A stretch of DNA of 25,676 nucleotides, from positions 1-25,676 of IMG/VR virus record IMGVR_UViG_3300037851_000561; one strand, 5' to 3'. The position numbers were made by a program, and so were the translations under genes. The first letter of the stretch is position 1; each line of letters begins with the position of its first letter. The stretch is from a virus (taxonomy: Duplodnaviria > Caudoviricetes). Below are positions 25,444 to 25,676 of the stretch, one piece after another. Below the pieces are notes generated by a model. It made no database searches and was not told the origin of the DNA. It saw nothing but the letters and a program-made list of their open reading frames with translations.

Positions 25444-25674
25444 TTAAGTCTTCCCCAAGGTGGCGGCCTCGCGGTTCTCGGCGAGTTTCCGGATGACCAG
25501 GTCGCGGATCTCCTCCGCCTTCTCCCGGACGGTGTAGGAGCCATTGCCCTCGACGTAGACGGTCCCGTCCACGATTTCCACGACGCGCTCGGGGCGGAGA
25601 AAGAGGGGTGAGGACCGGTGGGCGGCGCCCGCCGAGTAGAGGTGGGTGAGCCTCAGGAAGGGGTCGAAGGGGGG
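25444..25674 (-). CDS. FlbD-like small protein (5' end truncated by window edge; not in ORF track)
   Basis: Hand translation ...FLRLTHL...PLFLRPERVVEIVDGTVYVEGNGSYTVREKAEEIRDLV...LGKT*. Confidence 0.55.
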   Translation of the reverse strand, partial: PPFDPFLRLTHLYSAGAAHRSSPLFLRPERVVEIVDGTVYVEGNGSYTVREKAEEIRDLVIRKLAENREAATLGKT

Positions 25675-25676
25675 GG

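Larger units (their letters stand above)
1..25676. mobile_element. Temperate phage/prophage segment, P22-like virion module plus immunity and early region; both ends lie outside the window
   Basis: Contiguous terS-terL-portal-scaffold-coat-tail-ejection-tailspike order, XRE repressor, and many stop/start overlaps (ATGA, TGATG, GTGA). Confidence 0.95.

Noticed and set aside
1-25676. CRISPR array, diversity-generating retroelement, invertible tail segment, tRNA or IS element
   Set aside because: No spaced repeats, reverse transcriptase, invertase, transposase or cloverleaf seen by eye; the repeats in 4553..6094 differ at many positions, not only adenines.

Overview
The whole window is part of a GC-rich temperate phage or prophage with a P22-like (podovirus) virion module. 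On the minus strand, right to left: a partial FlbD-like gene, a Tad2/DUF2829 anti-defence sponge, terS, a terminase large subunit split into two ORFs, portal, scaffold, P22-type coat, adaptor, gp10-like hub, three ejection proteins, a beta-helix tailspike, two holin-like genes with no recognisable endolysin, and several extra structural or unknown genes. These converge on a lower-GC plus-strand unit (2117-3972): an XRE repressor, a secreted protein, two small 2-TM proteins and a possible winged-helix protein. Left of a control region, a ribbon-helix-helix gene leads an early operon of small unknown genes. No integrase, att site, tRNA or CRISPR array was seen. The best leads are the split terminase with a codon-usage break at the split, the repressor-linked membrane cassette, Tad2, a structured SD-sequestering leader before the coat gene, and a small antisense ORF overlapping the repressor. 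All family calls come from motif recognition by eye, not database searches.
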